A stretch of 64,000 bases of DNA from positions 13,268,001-13,332,000 of the forward strand of contig NC_047076.1 in NCBI RefSeq assembly GCF_902459465.1. Direction: 5' to 3'. The translations under genes were made by a program, and so were the position numbers. The DNA is from Asterias rubens (taxonomy: Eukaryota). Each line of letters begins with the position of its first letter. The stretch's first letter is position 1. Below the pieces are notes generated by a model. The model was not told where the DNA came from, ran no database searches, and saw only the letters and a program-made list of their open reading frames with translations. This document shows positions 22,372 through 35,838 of the stretch, piece after piece.

Positions 22372-25325
22372 TCAGACTCGCGGTCTGATCATCATCACCG
22401 ATGACTTGAGTGAGTATCCATACCCATGGAACGGGAACCAGACTACTCCCTTAGCATTCTGTCCTGCTGGCACAATGCCGCCTAAATATTTGCCATTGAG
22501 ATTGGAGTTATGACATGAGGAATACCACCAGGCTCCTGTGTACTCCTGAGCACAGTTACCGTGCCAAAGGTCATTGTCGCGGTCAAAGGTCGAGAATTGC
22601 TGGCCATTGTGGGCAGAGAGGGCGTCACCTACACACACACAAAAAGCAAAAGTTATTACAAAACTTAGTTGTAGAATCCAAGTTGGAATTTCATGAGTTG
22701 TGAGGGTGCGTTTTTTGGTCGTGATCAAAAGGCCAGAGACTTTGGAACGGCAGGTGGCAGCAGACAAACCAGATATCCATTGTTTACATTGTTCTGAGCA
22801 TGCGCACAATTCTAAGAACAATGGATTTACCTGGTAAGTCTGCTGCCACCCAGAGTTCCTAAAAGTCTCAACTGTTTCGGTTGCATTGTCCATTGGTTTG
22901 TCACTGGGCGATGACTGAAACAGTTATTGGTTTACACAGCCATTAAACGGGCATTTTTTTATGACGTCATGAAGCACCACCAAGTGACTGATAAAAAATT
23001 ACCTGCTGGACCTCCTGTGAAACCAGCCACTCGCAACGTGTAGTTTGTGGCCTCACTCCCTACATAGAAATGCCTGTAGTGAGCCTCGACGAATGTGAAC
23101 TGCCAATCCTCCAAAATAACGAGTAGTTCGTAACGATTTTGTGCCGATAGGGCGTGAATCACCTCGTTCCCAAGCCACATCTCTCCCGAGTTATAACCGA
23201 ACCCATTTCTGTAGGAGAGCCAGTCACGGAAGAATTCTTTGCGCCCATTGACACGACGGTGAATCACCTAAGGCGTAAATATAAAAATAAATCAAAAAAA
23301 CAAGAATATTACTCTGTGTCCATTGGTTGATCTACTGTCACATGGAGGTGTTACTCTTTGTTCATTGGTTGATCTTAAGTCACATGGTGTTGCTGAAATC
23401 TTTGTTCATTGTTAATCTAATGGTGATATATCCTTTGTCCATTGGTCGATCACATGGTATTGATACTTTTTGTTCATTGGTTGACCGAATTTACAACAAC
23501 ATGTATTGATATTATTTTAAAAACCATTTCTAGCCAAATTATTTGGCGCGTATGACCAGTGCCTGCGGAGAAAGACATGGGACCAGTATAAATAAATTAT
23601 TGTTTCAACTATTGGTAGATTTTGCTCATTGCAAGGGTATGGCCGGTATTGGTTTCATCATGGTTGTATACACATGTACATCGGCGTAAACTGCGAATCT
23701 GACACCATGGGATTGGATGTGAGGTCAAAGGTGAATATGGCATGTCTCGAAGTCTGGTGAATCACGGAGAAAAGAATGTTGACCCTGTCCATGGTTGAAT
23801 GGAATGCTTTTAATGTTTAAGCTTATTGATTATTAGTTATCGATTATCTTACCGTCCATCCACCGCCTTGCTGTGATTGATCACAGAACACTCTGATTGG
23901 CTTACAACGTTCGGAGAATGCTGGGAAAACTGTGTATATACCGTCACGCCCACCACCAAGTTCCCGGATGTCTTGACAATTTGTCGGCATATGTACAGGA
24001 GCTGTTTCATACAGAAGAACACACAACGTCGTTATATAAAGAAACGCCGGTATAATGAAATGCTGATGAAAACACAACCGTATAAAGAAACAACCGTACA
24101 AAGAAACAACCGTTTTTTAAAGGAACACGTTGCCTTGGATCGGTCGAGTTGGTCTTTGAAAAGCGTTCTGTAACCGTTTGTTAGAAAGTCGATATGGTTA
24201 GAAAGATGTTGTAAAAGTAGAATACAATGACCTACACAAATATGCCTTGAAATTGCATGGTTTTCTTTTTACCTCGTCGACTTACACGGTCGGCCATTTA
24301 TGGGAGTCAAGTTTTTGACTCCCATAAATGGCCGACCGTGTTAGTTCGCGACGTAAAATGAAAACCGTGCAATTTTGAGTGATACTTGTGTGGATCATTA
24401 TATTCTACTTCTAAAACATCTTTCCAACCATATACATTTCATAACAAACAGTTTCAAACGCTTTTTATAGACCAACTCGTCCGATCCAAGGCAACGTGTT
24501 CTTTTAAGTAAGAACGGTATAAAGACACAACCGTTTGGTATAAAGTAAGAACGTTATAAAGAAACAACGTTTAAGACATAAAGGTATTTTATTTCTGCAA
24601 ACTTAGGCTGTATTCCAGTTTAAATGTTATATAAGAAGAAGACATACAATTGATTTCGAAACCTTGTTAGATTTTGGACTCAATCCCTGTCCGTTTTCAC
24701 TGTGCCTATACACGGTGATATTCACGCGAATAAAGCGTTTCAAAGACTTATACGAAGACCCAAACTCGCCGCATCGTAACATTGTGTCTTTTGAGATAGC
24801 TAGTGCTAGAAATTGACATGGAGTGATGCAACTTCAATTTTTACTACATCGCCTAGCAAATAATTGTTCCAGAATAAAAACAAAAATAAAAAAAATGATG
24901 AGCAAATACTTACATCCACCAGCAGCCGCGTTGTATACCCCTCCACAGCAAGTCTTATCAGCGTTGGTTACGATGGTTGGTCCGCCGGCCGTCGGTCCAC
25001 TTGGACTGAACGGGGCGAACGGGCCTTCCGGTGTACCCACAGCCGGTCCACCCACAGCCGGTCCACCGACGCTAGGACCACCGCCCCCGGTAGTGGGGCC
25101 TGAACCCGGGCCCGAACCCGGACCAACACCCGGACCCGAACCCGGGCCCGAACCCGGGCCCGAACCCGGGCCCGAACCCGGACCAACACCCGGACCCGAA
25201 CCCGGACCCGAACCCGGACCCGAACCCGGACCCGAACCTGGACCCGAACCTGGACCCGAACCGGGGCTCTGTGAAATCGTATGAAAGGCGCATAGCAGCA
25301 CCACTAACAACCCAACAGTCCACAT
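22372..25325 (-). CDS. Secreted fibrinogen-related (FReD/ficolin-like) protein 1 with a Gly/Ser/Pro repeat spacer (360 aa). Exons 25325-24914, 24001-23853, 23267-23003, 22628-22372
   Basis: GT-AG introns in phases 1,0,1 and a 1083 nt open frame. Signal peptide MWTVGLLVVLLCAFHTIS. FBG motifs NCQDI..VFCDQ..GGGWTVIHRR..GFG..GEMWLGN..FSTFDRDND..NCA..GAWWYSSCHNSNLNG..MMIRP. Confidence 0.92.
24117..24507. mobile_element. TTAA-flanked MITE with a central perfect hairpin, in intron 1 of FReD1. Degenerate relative at ~56020-56195
   Basis: TIR TTAAAGGAACACGTTGCCTTGGATCGG and central palindrome CACGGTCGGCCATTTATGGGAGTCAA-G-TT-TTGACTCCCATAAATGGCCGACCGTG. Confidence 0.8.
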
Positions 25326-26289
25326 ACTTCTTGTTCCTTTTTGGGATACTAAACTGCAGATGAAATAAAAATCTAAAAAACTTTCTGTAGAATTGTAGGA
25401 TCACACGAGGTGCCACGGCGAACAAGAGTAGCAGTGCAATCGAACTGAGATGCCTACGCGGCTCCCGGCACCGATCCACCCTCTAAAAATTGGTGACTCA
25501 CATGCCATAAAGACTCGCTCATTAAGAGCAGAGGGGAGTCCAAAAACTAAAAACTTTCCTCTGAAAACTATACAGAAAATCATCTTTTGATATGCATTGA
25601 TCAATATAAAAGAGTTTCTTCTTTTGCTGGAAACAGCCAAAGTTGCTACAACTCATAATTTGTTAATTTGTGGGGCTAAAATTGATATTTTAACAAATTT
25701 AATTTTGGCTGAATTGTTCCCTTTAGTGTGACGTTCTTCCTTATGACCCTTACAAGGCGAATCAACCGGTAATTGATTTTAAGTTGAACGGAAACAAAGT
25801 CGTGACGCATAACATCATGTGATAGCTATTTATAAGATTCCGGTACGTTCATATAACTAGTATATACCTTTACATTCCATGTACCGGTCAAATTATCGCT
25901 ATATAGGGGACTTATTGGTTTATACAAGAAGAATCCACTGTAAGTAGTTGCAAAAGTTTTGAATTGTAACTGAAACAAAATAAGATAACTAATAGCCTTC
26001 GAGAAAGACTACAGAGTCGAAACCTAAAATGACACCTCCTGTATCTACATGCGTACCATGATTATCCATTCCAATGTATCTAGTCTTGTTCTGTTATTGT
26101 TATGAACTCTTAATATGTATTGATGGCTGCATAGTAAACAAACTGTTAAAAACAGTTTAGATGGCTGCATAGTAAACAAACTGTTAAAAACAGTTTAGTT
26201 ACAAACAATCATTGTTTTGAGCTATTTTTGCTGTATGCAGTACACCCTTTAACTTTACTTGCATTTTAACAATCAAAATATAAATTAAA

Positions 26290-26447
26290 ACCAAATAATT
26301 TATATTATAAAGGGTCCAGGCTCTGTATAAGCCTAGGCTTGTTCCTGGTGCCCTTCTCGAATCACCCTTTGTTCCTTTTTCTTGTATGTTTTATGATTAT
26401 TTATTGTGATATTTGGAAATAAAAAACAAACAAACAAACAAACAATA
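26290..26447 (+). mobile_element. CR1/L2-type LINE 3' end with a (CAAA)n tail
   Basis: Short hairpin, T-rich stretch, AATAAA, then a (CAAA)5 microsatellite tail. Confidence 0.4.
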
Positions 26448-29400
26448 AACCTATGACCATAATAGGTGCATTAGGTTTGCATTAAAACAAAATAAATCAA
26501 AGTCATTGAGGGCACGCACTTAGACAAGGGGATTGAAATACTAAAAAAACGGACACTATAATGATTATTCACTAAAATATTATTACAAAACCGGAAGTAA
26601 AAGCTTGCATGTGCAATTTTGTAACCGGGGAGGTGGGGGCGGGGGCAGGTGGTTGGAGATGGGGGTACGCAAGGTTGCAGCCACACGCTCGGTACCCTTG
26701 CAACCTCTTTCCCAACAAGGTCGAAAGCTTACACAAAATGAATGGTTCGTCACATAAAACAGCCTGCTAAATTATGTCTTTGCCCCCTCCCCAAAATGAA
26801 ATTGTCTACGACAATGCGTAGGTGGTTGCGCATTATAATGTGCGTCACAAAAGAAGCGATCAATGGATCAAGGAATATGGAACTTTTGCCAACTTTCTGA
26901 ATTAGACTTTATTAAATGCGTGTCTGACCTTTCGTACATGAGTCTCAAAGTCTTTCGTAATTTAATTTAAATAATCCCGGATGGCATTTATTAGAACCTT
27001 CCTATTACTGGTATGGGTTGAACGCAGTGCACCCTGACGTATCTTGTATTAAGCGGGTCATCGTTGACCTATACCAGACTAGTCACAAAGGCATATGGGT
27101 CACGCAGTGATGAGCGAACAAGACAAGAGGTACGTTAGATTTTGGTCAATCTTGAACCGCTAAGAGACTAATAAATTGCAGTTATAGATGTCTCAGAGAT
27201 ATTGAAGAATCGGCTTCAGGCTCTGTGCTATTGTCTGAACCACTGAGCACGTACGTAGGGCAGGCACGCGCAGTATTGTCGAAACAACCGCAGGGCCATG
27301 GCAAGCCTGAATCGAATCTGGAGTCGAATAGAAGCAGTGGTTTCGAAAAGGGTCACAGACGAATGGTCATTCCTAAGATGAACAGAAAACGGCTCTTCTC
27401 AGAGCCATCACTACCCACAGAAGAGCTAGAACCACTTACATGTTGTCACTACAAACACTTCTTGCTTATAGTCATCATGTATCTTATAAGATTTTAGTCA
27501 ATCTTGACCTAAAAGTGATTGCAGTCATGGATAAGGTCATATATTTAGACGAAATGCCCATTCCTGAGATGAGCTGAAACCGGTTCTCCCCAGAGCCACC
27601 ACTACCCACTGAAATCTCCGGACATATCTCGTTGGGACCCTGCCCCTTTCAATATTGGTTCTGATTGCACGGTCTTCTTCTGCGTTCCAGTCAACATTGA
27701 GCGCGGGGGACGGGGGACGGGGGACGGGGGGCGGGGGATGTTTTTTTGTCAGGGGGAAGTTATGGAGTGGTTTTATGTAACGTTGGGAATGGGTGGCCCA
27801 AGCAATCATTATTTGCTTAGTCATCATGTCTCTTAAATAACATCTTAGTCAATCGTGACCTAAGACTAATTGCCGTATGAATAAGGTCACAGATTAGACG
27901 AATAGTTCACATTATAAGGCCATCATGTATCTTTAGTTGCAGTCACACTTGACCTAGCGTACAGTGATACACGAAGGTCACCGAGAGGTCACAAAGAGAG
28001 TGGCAAGGTCACAAGAAAAAGCTAAAGATAAAGGTTTGTGGCACCCTTTGTAAATGCATGCTGAAAGAAAATCTGCGACAGAAATGTAAATAATATCATT
28101 CTTAATGGTTCTGGTGCCTTGTCTCCTCAAATAGGATGTGTCATGAAAGTGCTTGTGGCTAGATACCAGTCTAATTCCATTCCACTGCCCCCCCCCCCGC
28201 ACATGAGCTCATGCCAATTTAATGATTCATTTTAATAAAAGACCCAAGATGACAATCTGGGCACAATAATACTTAGGTTGAAAAAAAGAAAAATTGACTG
28301 CGTTGGTTCGAATCAGTCTACGTTGCAACGTAGCGGCGATCGACCAATGAGTTATTCAGCCGGTCGTTGGTTAAAGTCCCGCTCTGTCAATATTTGTCTT
28401 TGTTCAACCCCAAATTATTCATAAATTTATTAAGTCAGTCTCCTTCTTAATACTTATTATGGCGATAAAATTTTAATCTTAAGAAATTGATGTATTATTG
28501 TTTGATTTGCTGATGTGGGCAGTGAATAAATGTAATCGTAGGTCTAAAGCTAGTTTCAAGACAAAAACTAGTGAATGTCAGTCAGAAGTCATTTGTATAA
28601 TTTGAATCAAATTAAATCATTTTTATTTCACATCTTTTAGAATCGATGTTTCTCAACATAAGCTTAACATTGCACAATTTAGTCTACTTTATTTCTTAAG
28701 AAATATTCATTAATATCACTTTTCATCACTGTTCACCAATACTTCCATGTAAACGCACTTTCTTAAACAGTATTTGTTTATACTGGCTTCATTTTATTAT
28801 TTATTATAAAATTTATTTACAATTTAATTGCAAAGAACATCAATACCTGACACAAATTAAACAAGAAATTTTTGAATGGAAAAATACCATTAAAAATTAC
28901 CAATTATTAACACGGTAAAAGATGTAAACGTTTAGGAATTATGGATTCGTTTTAAGTTTTTTTATTTAACATTAAAATATGTTCTAACTTATATAAACAA
29001 GGTACAGACATTTTTCAGATCCTGCAATTTGAAATTCGACATCTTGTTCAAAGAATTTTTTTTTAAAACATGGATTATGTTTTGATTAATGCCAAATGAA
29101 AGTTTCTTCGTTCTTTCTAATCCCCGCTCTATATTCATCTGATAAATTAGTTGCCGCCAAAACTTTCTAAGCACAGAGTAGTATTGCTTAGCAGAAACAG
29201 GTTACCAGCCAAAACTGAATCAAGTTTGCATACTAGTGGCTGGTCCCTCACTCAATTTGTCAAGCAAAACTTTCTGTTTTATGAAATAATTGTACTCAGC
29301 ATCGCACCAACTGAAAAGCAGTGAACCAGTTTAAACAAAATGGCGGCCCCGTTGGAAACCACGTGACTAAATCCTTGGACATATCATCATGACCGCAGTT

Positions 29401-29524
29401 TTCCACCGACTGAAAAACAGGAAACCAGTTAAAACAAAATGGCGGCCTCTTTTGAAACCATAATTGGACTAAAACCAGGGTACCAGTTAAAAAAAAATGG
29501 CGGCCCCCATTAGAAAACATGTGA

Positions 29525-32039
29525 CTAAATCCTTGGGCGTATCATCATGACCGTAGTTTTGAGGGAGTAAGTGTACCCAGTCCAAGGGTTCCAGACGATT
29601 CCCTGACCGTAAGCACTAGGCGAGTTACCGCGTAGGTACCGGCCGTTGAGGTTGGACTGGAGGCAGCTGTTGTACCACCAAGCCCCCGTGTAATCGACGG
29701 CACAGTTACCCAAGAAACGATCGTTGTCACGGTCGACGGTCGAGAACATCATCCCGTTGTGCTGGGAGAGACCATCACCTGAGGAGAAAAGACGAATTTG
29801 AATGATTAAGGGTCTATTCTAAAACAATAGGAAAAGATTACTGCACGGGGTGATTCTCCTTACACTGACTAATGATGCTGATCGGCGATGTGCAGTAACA
29901 CTTCTAAAATTCTTTGTTTTTCAGATGGGTCTTTAAAGGCAAGGGGAGTTGCAGACGGATGGTAGTTGAGACGTGGAGAAAGACAAGGGCGGAGTGCAAT
30001 ACAAGAAATTAAGGTTGGTGTAGTATACAGTCTAGCATTTGTACAACCTATTCTAAAATGATAAAATGATACCAAAACGCTATAGATAAGTTCGTTGACC
30101 TAAAATAGACCAAGCATGGATCATTGCGGCACCACAGACATTTTCAACGGGTTTCCAGGGGGGGCATTTTTTCTATGTTGTGTTTAATTGCCATTCTAAA
30201 AAAAATCATAATTTTTCCCCCAAGGGTTCCCTTTTTGAATCGAATCAAATATCCCCATTGAAACGCACTGTGTCAGTGGCAATGTTGGTGTAAAGAAAAC
30301 CGCAATATTGCTTCGGGGTTTTGTTCTTACCAACATCACTGCTGGGGTCGTAGTTCTTAACGTGGAGGGTGTAATTTCCAGCCTCTTCACCAAGCCAGAA
30401 ATTCCAATAGTGGGCTTTGACTATAGTGAACCTCCAGTCCTCCATGAAGACCATCAACTCATAGGGCCCCTGGATTGAAATGTGATGAATGATGTCGAGA
30501 CCGAGCCAGAACTCCCCAGTCAAGAACCCGAAACCGTTTCGGTATTCGTCCCATCCACGCTCAAAGTCCACCCAGCCATTCATACGTCGCTGGATCACCT
30601 ATTGGGAGAAACAAAATAATTGTCTTGAAGACCATCAAAGCATAATGATCGAAACGTCGAATTGTACTATAACAGATACTGAATAGGATGAATAAATTCT
30701 ATTGGTTTTGGTTCAACCCTTTACGCTGATGTGTGTTAGCACTGAATAATCAGTACTTTCCCGAGTTCTTAAAAAAAAATCACAGGCATACTACTCGTTG
30801 GGATTCGAACCCACGACCTTTGCAATTCTAGAGCTGTGTCAAGTAATTGAACACATAAAAAAATACTATTAAGTTTCGTTTTATAACCCTTAAACTGATG
30901 TGTTAGCACTGTAAACTCAGTCCTTTTGTATACCTAAGTTCTGTGACAACAAATCGCATTGTATATTACTCGGGTGGGATTCGAACCCACGATCTAATCA
31001 ACTAAATCATTTACTTACCGTCCAGCCACCCCCTTCAGTTGCTTGATCACAGTATACCCTGACTCCTTCACAGCTATCAACATAGGCAGGATAAACGGTG
31101 TACAGACCATCCTTTCCTCCGCCCAATTCTCTGATGTCATTGCAGTCCTTCGGTAAAAACTCAGGTGCTGAAAAAAAAAATCAAAGTTTTAAGTTACCTC
31201 GCAAAGATTTCAGCTTTGTTGAACTCTCAAATCCTACCATTTTTGTTTCGTGACTTGGGATCAGGGCCCTATTTCATAGAGCTGCTTAGCACAAAAATTT
31301 ACTTAGCTTGAAGTTTCTTCCTTGATTAAAGCAGGTTTACCAACCGAATTTCCATGTTGCATATTGCTTTTTACTGGTATTCAGCTGTTGTTTGCTCATC
31401 CTGAAAATCATGTGGAAATGGTTGGTAACCCTGTTTTTATCGAGGAAGAAATTTCATGCTTAGCAAACATTTTGTGCTTAGCAGCTCTATGAAGTTTGGC
31501 CCAGGTCACACAAGGCAACTTACAGGAAACCGGTTTCAGACAATCTCAAAGAAGAAAAGGCATCTACATAACAACGTTCACTGATTTCTCTTAGCGATCG
31601 TAAGACATTGTGTGAAAAGTTTGGTTGCCTCCAAGTTGCCTCGGATCGTGTTACCAAACCCTATAATAATAATTACATTAAAATTGAAAACTCTGATCAT
31701 GCAGTTTAAAACCCAAAATTTGAATCGGTTCAGGTTTACGTTCGTGAAGACAAGTTTTCCCACTTGAAAAAGGTAGAAAAGGGTTTTGAGAGTTTCGTTT
31801 AGTAACCACACATGTAAGAGGGGTTGGGTGGGTGTGGGGTGAGGAGAGGGGGGGGGGGGTAGGCTGTTTCAATCTTTCCAAGCTACTTTTAAGTTCTTAC
31901 CATTGCCAGTTAGTCCTCCGAATAAGATACCATTACAGCACTCGTCTGGGCAGCATTTGTCGGCTTTATCTGAAAACTTGGCTCTTGTTGATACCGCGAT
32001 ACAAAGGAGTAACGCGACTACTCTTACCACTCCCTCCAT
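29525..32039 (-). CDS. Secreted fibrinogen-related (FReD) protein 2 (269 aa). Exons 32039-31901, 31167-31019, 30598-30331, 29778-29525
   Basis: GT-AG introns in phases 1,0,1 and an 810 nt open frame. Signal peptide MEGVVRVVALLLCIAVSTRA, then ADKCCPDECC and a complete FBG domain. Confidence 0.93.
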
Positions 32040-33836
32040 CTTGAATTGAAGAGTCACTCAAAGGTCTTTCTAAAAAGGTCTAACCAACCTTAGAAGTTGT
32101 CTTAAATTCTAAGTGTTCCCAAACACATCAAGAAGTTAGTAGCCGAGTTCGGAGGGCTTGGTATGGTTCGGGCTCTTGGCGTAATGGTAAAGGAAGGTGT
32201 TGCCCCCCTCACGAGCGCGTAAGCCGACCGGCTGTGCTAAAATGACTCATAGACAACGTACGAAACGTGGGACAGTCCATTTCAAAGTAGGGAAACATAA
32301 AATGAGGGCACACCCACACCAACCACCCTCATCGTCTTAGACCTTAATTACATAATGACATCTTAGCTTTTGGTGTTACATCGTATCTGTTTTAAGTGTT
32401 AAAACAATTTAAAAATTATGGAGACAGTTTTGGGGATCTTGGGTGAGATTTGATTTGTCTGACTCTAGAGTCGAGTTTGCAAAGTGAAAATCCCTTTAAG
32501 ACAACGCGCGTCATAGCCTCGACTATGCACTACCTGACACGAAGCACAAATAAGCGGATAAGGTCAATGAGGGTAGAGTTTGGGTAACGGAAACATGGAT
32601 TAAAGACATTCATCCACTCCCTTGACTAAAAGGATTTTTATTTTCGTAGTAATTACTCAATTTTGCTCCTGTTGAAGGTCGGGGAAAGGTCTGACCCTTT
32701 ACAGTAGTCCCCTCTGCCAAAAAACAAAGGTCGATACACATTTTAAAAGGGGGTGTAATCCTAAAGTTTGTGTAACTGTTTGTTTGTTTGTTTGTTTAGA
32801 TGGTCTTCCCGTCAAGGGAACTTGACAAACTCCCCAGTTTGCCGTGGACATAAACACCAAGCTGACAACGCAACCTCTCTCACACGAACATTGGTTCAAA
32901 GTCTATGGTTATGAATCGCACAAGTCAAGAATTTGTGACTCATTATCTGAAAACTTTAATACCTAATCTAGTCATTGTGAAATCAGCGGTTAGTTGGTAG
33001 GATTCGAACCAACAACCTCCTGATCTGGAACATGGTGACACCAGTACGTGTGATAGTTGTGTTCTTCTACTCTCTGAACCTATTCATAACTCCCAATGGA
33101 AAAATAGCTGTTTTGTTGGTCTTATTAATTTTAACGCATGATATCTGGGTCTAATTTCAAAGAGCGGAATGTAGCTAGCACTATAAAGTTAGGCCTGCAA
33201 GAACAAGGTCACCAGCCAAAATATACCATGTCATTAAAAATTGTGACTGGTATCCTGACCGTTTCTGTCAAGTGATAATTTTCTGCTGAAGTGAAATCGG
33301 ACCCTGGTATTAAGTGGTACTTGAACTGCTCGAGTGTCTATGTAATACATCAAACTAGAAGCTGAAAATAGTTGCAATGTCTCCGCTATATATAGGTCTG
33401 ACTATTCAATCTGATGACGTCATACACCTGTTAGAGTTCTGTGTACGTACATGTACATGTACATACATGTACGTATTGGAACCATCAAATCTCACCCAAT
33501 GGATATGGGTGTGTAATGACGTAGTTAGCTTACCCTTATAGCATTAAGTCTAGTCTAGTCGCAGACCCAGTAACTCAGATTCTAAAACACGTGTACTTAG
33601 TTAAAAATGTGAGACAGAAACATTAAGGGCATGCTATAAATAGCCATTACGTCTCACGTTGTACATTTTTCACAGGACTCGGGAAAGTACTGAGTATACA
33701 GTGCTAACACACATCGGTGTATGGGTAAAAACCAAAATTAATATTCTTTATCCCCGATGCAAATTTAACATCTATTATGTTTCAACATGGATTTTTTTTA
33801 TTAACGTCTGTTTACAAGAGACACATTGCTAATTCG

Positions 33837-34057
33837 GACTTTTCCCCTCTTCCCCTCCGTCGTAGTATGCAGGATGAGCAGACTTTTCCCCTCTTCCCCT
33901 CCGTCGTAGTATGCAGGATGAGCAGACTTTTCCCCTCTTCCCCTCTGTCGTAGTATGCAGGATGAGCAGACTTTTCCCCTCTTCCCCTCTGCCGTAGTAT
34001 GCAGGATGAGCAGACTTTTCCCCTCTTCCCCTCTGTTGTAGTATGCAGGATGAGCAG
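33837..34057 (+). repeat. 44-bp minisatellite x5 (GACTTTTCCCCTCTTCCCCTCCGTCGTAGTATGCAGGATGAGCA)
   Basis: Period of 44 measured between 33837 and 33881; units are nearly identical. Confidence 0.95.
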
Positions 34058-35838
34058 ATAAGCCCGTTAAATGCATAGCTCTGATTGGGAGGGTTGGACA
34101 ACTTGCAATTAGAAGCATCTTCGGTTCGTATAACCCGCGTGTGCGCCCACAGGGTGCCGAACTAGACTGCAATTATTTCAACGTTCAAAAACCGCATGTG
34201 TACACACAGGGTGCCAGACTAGACTTTACATTAGGTTGTGGACGGAGCGTCCAGCCACCATGCGACCAAAGAAAACTGACTCCTCCATGTCGCAAAACCC
34301 TTCGCTCGGCCCTAGCCCCCAGGGTCTATCCAGGACCGCTGGGATGGGCTAATCAGCTTGGTCAGATTGTTGACCAGGAAGTACGTCATGCGTGCAGTGT
34401 GTGTGATGGTGAGTGTGATGCATGATGGGACTAAGCTTTAACCAATTCGCGTGCTTTATACGTTTGCTCATCCCAGCGCCGTTGATTAAGAAGAGGTGCT
34501 GTGACGAGCGAAGCAAAATCCTTCAAAATGAGCTCTGTTAAAGAGGAAAACGAAGAGCGCCATCTTTCGGCCAAACTTTCTTCGGCTCGTGTAAGGTGAG
34601 ATACTCCTTATACCACAAATAGCTCATTGACTTTGGGGTGAACAACGTCTAGCCTGAAAATCTAGTCTGGCAGCATTGCAAGAATTTACAGCTGTAGAGG
34701 AGCGAGTGACAGTAATAAGTGTGTCGGTGTAGTAATGTTTATCCAGTAATGTCATTTAAGTCCTTTTTTTTTTGCGCACATCCACAAAGTTAAGTAATTC
34801 TTTAATAGAGTTTATAGTGAACCCAAAGGCAGTGTGGGTGGACACTGTTTGTAATTACTCAAACACATTAATAGCATAAAACCTTACTTGGTAACGAGTA
34901 ACGGAGAGCTGTTGGTGGTATAAAACATTGTGAGAAACAACTCCTCTGAAGTGACTTAGTTTTTGAGAAAGAAGTAATTTCTCACTAAAATGTTTGAATT
35001 TGATTTTGAGGCCTCAGAATTAGATTTCGAGGTCCTCGAAATCAAGCACCTGAAAACACACAACTTGTGCAACAGGGGCGTCTTTTTCTATCATTATTCT
35101 CTCGCAACTTCGACGACCAATATTGAGCTCAAATTTTCACAGGTTTGTTATTTTATGCATATTTTGAGAAATTGAAAAACACTAAGTGAGAAGACTGGTC
35201 TTTGACAATTACCAATAGTGTCTATAGTGTCTTTAAACTTGACTTCTCATATTGAATTAATTAACTTGCCCAAACCCGTACAGGCCACGTCATACGAGGC
35301 AATTTACAGGCAACCATCTCCAGCCAACCCCCCCCCCCCTTATTTTTCTGGGGATAAGTTACAGCTTTAACAATGTCCCTTGTGTTGCTGCAGTGTTCCT
35401 GGTGCGTACATAGTCGTTGCCTCCAGAAGTTAACTGAAAGAAATTAGCCTGGGTGACATGGCCTTGTGATTTTACAGACGCTAGTACTTAGAGTTGTTGG
35501 TAAAGTTTGTAAACATGATACGGTAGTGTATGGAACCTACAAGGTAATTGATTAAGGTATGAACCCAGACGTGTTTTTCTATTTGATTTTCTAACTTTTT
35601 TGTATGAAGTCTAAACTGTTTTTTTTTTGTCACACCTGTTCACGTGAGTCGCTGCCCCATCGAGAACAATAACAACTCTCGTAAATATCAATTCCTGGAT
35701 TTCTGAAATGTGAAACCGGTTCACAATGAAACATAAAAGTCAGACAAGGCCTTGAGGGGGACCGCGAGCTGGTGTGGGGTCAGAAATCACGCAAGTCTCC
35801 CCGTGTACTGGTGTGCTTCTCTCACACTCTCACGCAAG

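Larger units (their letters stand above)
14650..22785 (+). repeat. Segmental tandem duplication, copy 2
   Basis: See copy 1. This copy continues into the complete FReD gene at 22372-25325. Confidence 0.85.

Noticed and set aside
24823-25479. PEPG-repeat ORF (+) and alternative-frame ORFs (RVRARV, GFGSGF)
   Set aside because: Antisense or alternative frames of the 12-bp repeat. Only the PGSG frame has a signal peptide and a phase-compatible donor to the FBG exons.
25380-25480. Hydrophobic stretch SSIALLLLFAVAPRV upstream of FReD1 as a relic signal peptide
   Set aside because: No ATG in frame with a usable donor. It lies upstream of an acceptor-like site and is probably in a 5' UTR intron.
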